UHGV virus genome: UHGV-0136597
Strand: one strand, 5' to 3'
Source of the DNA: a virus
Length of the DNA: 16,082 nucleotides
This document shows, piece after piece, positions 15,230 through 16,082 of this stretch (the stretch's first letter is position 1; every line of letters begins with the position of its first letter). The notes under the pieces were generated by a model, which worked only from the letters and a program-made list of their open reading frames with translations, was not told the origin of the DNA and searched no databases. The translations under genes and the position numbers were made by a program.

Positions 15230-15502
15230 ATGACAGTAGTCATTACATATCTGGCTGACGATAACGCCAGAAATCGCCGCAGAGCACGCAGACAGGCTCA
15301 ACGTGAACAGGCAATGCAAGAGCAGCGACTGGCGCGAAAAATTGCGCTAAAGCTCTCTGGTTGCGTCAGAGCAGACAAAGCAGCATCACTTGGCAGCCTT
15401 CTCAGCAAGAAGGCAGATGAATGCAGTGGAAGTATTTGCCTGCCAAACGTAGCCATTTACTCGGCAGGCTACCGGAAATCAAAACAACTGACGGCGAGGT
15501 AA
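15230..15502 (+). CDS. N: N-like transcription antiterminator (P22 gene 24-like) with an arginine-rich motif
   Basis: 90 aa from the ATG at 15230 (GGAGG SD 6 nt upstream): MTVVITYLADDNARNRRRARRQAQREQ...LPNVAIYSAGYRKSKQLTAR. The arginine-rich N-terminus and C-terminal tail resemble P22 gp24 as recalled. The ORF-track N-terminal extension is rejected. Confidence 0.8.
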   Translation: MTVVITYLADDNARNRRRARRQAQREQAMQEQRLARKIALKLSGCVRADKAASLGSLLSKKADECSGSICLPNVAIYSAGYRKSKQLTAR

Positions 15503-15505
15503 GTG

Positions 15506-15730
15506 ATGAATCAGACATACATTCCATCATGCTTGAGAAATCTGCCAAAGCAGAAAGCAAAGCCCCGCAAGCAAGCCATAAAGGGCGCTAAGGCAGAGGT
15601 TATTGATCAAGCAATACAATTGCTCAGGGAGGAGTTAAGAAGTGGCAAGCTCGAAGGAATGATGATGCCCTATCAGCGCGGATATCTATCGGCGATTAGT
15701 AAGTTGGAAGTATTGAAGAGTGAATTATGA
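15506..15730 (+). CDS. Hypothetical 74-aa protein immediately downstream of N
   Basis: ATG 3 nt after the N stop with GAGG SD. Basic N-terminus and a helical-looking C-terminus. No family recognised. Confidence 0.45.
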   Translation: MNQTYIPSCLRNLPKQKAKPRKQAIKGAKAEVIDQAIQLLREELRSGKLEGMMMPYQRGYLSAISKLEVLKSEL

Positions 15731-15792
15731 ACTATCTGGAATTTCCGGATGGTTCATTGTTTTGGCAGCAAACCACTTATTTGAGGTGAGAT

Positions 15793-16082
15793 ATGACAAT
15801 ATCATGGAGCGTACCTTTTCCTGAATCAGAAACTGAACATGATGGAATGCCTGTTTTCTGGAGATTCCAGGCGACAGTTGAAGAAGATGGAATCAAAATA
15901 TTCGCACTTCAATATATAGCTTTTCATCAGACAGAGCATTATGCATGGTTGGTTCCTGCGCATTGGATTGTTAATTTTAAACCAACACCAAATCAGTGGT
16001 TACAGGAATGGAAACAAAAGAGAAATAGATATGCAATTAAGAAAGTAGCAAAAAATGCAGAAAGATCTTTTGCATTCCCAAC
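15793..16082 (+). CDS. Hypothetical protein, AT-rich, N-terminal 96 codons only (runs off the window end)
   Basis: ATG at 15793 with GAGGTGA SD; frame open to the window end (MTISWSVPFPESETEHDGMPVFWRFQATVEEDGIKIFALQYIAFHQTEHYAWLVPAHWIVNFKPTPNQWLQEWKQKRNRYAIKKVAKNAERSFAFP...). GC content is clearly lower than the rest of the window. Confidence 0.45.
   Translation, partial: MTISWSVPFPESETEHDGMPVFWRFQATVEEDGIKIFALQYIAFHQTEHYAWLVPAHWIVNFKPTPNQWLQEWKQKRNRYAIKKVAKNAERSFAFP

Larger units (their letters stand above)
1..16082. mobile_element. Segment of a lambdoid prophage (immunity, replication, nin, Q, lysis and packaging modules); prophage ends and att sites are not in the window
   Basis: Gene order cI/cro/cII, O-like, nin genes, Q, S-R-Rz, terminase, with nut sites and operators, is the canonical lambdoid layout. 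Both window edges fall inside phage genes. Confidence 0.9.

Noticed and set aside
14804-15258. ORFs 14804-15091 (-), 14883-15191 (-) and 15046-15258 (+) in the PL-N leader
   Set aside because: They span the OL operators and nutL or overlap the N start, have no SD and a Cys/Ser-rich composition typical of out-of-frame translation.

Overview
This 16,082-bp window reads as one contiguous segment of a mosaic lambdoid (lambda-like) prophage, inverted relative to the conventional lambda map. On the minus strand, from high to low coordinates, it carries the early-right operon: PR, cro, nutR, cII, a small coupled ORF, an O-like initiator with an internal iteron/AT-rich origin, a second small coupled ORF, a T7-gp4-like primase-helicase, a lambda-tR2-like terminator, two unknown genes in the ren slot, ninB, a Dam-like methyltransferase, ninE, ninF, ninG, ninH, a lambda-type Ser/Thr phosphatase and antiterminator Q. 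It continues with pR'/tR', an HNH-AP2 endonuclease, two tRNA genes (Asn-GUU, Thr-UGU), the lambda-type lysis cassette S-R-Rz/Rz1, a T5orf172-domain moron, and non-lambda small and large terminase subunits (large subunit truncated at the window edge). On the plus strand are cI with a co-directional 3-TM membrane protein, OL/PL, nutL, an N-like antiterminator and AT-rich early-left genes running off the right edge. No CRISPR array, rRNA or IS element was seen. The best candidates for undescribed function are accessory genes at known phage defence/anti-defence hotspots: the repressor-linked membrane protein (rexAB position), the T5orf172 gene between lysis and packaging, the HNH+tRNA insertion in the late leader, and the AT-rich genes after N. 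Everything is from reading the sequence and recalled family knowledge; no database search or folding program was run.
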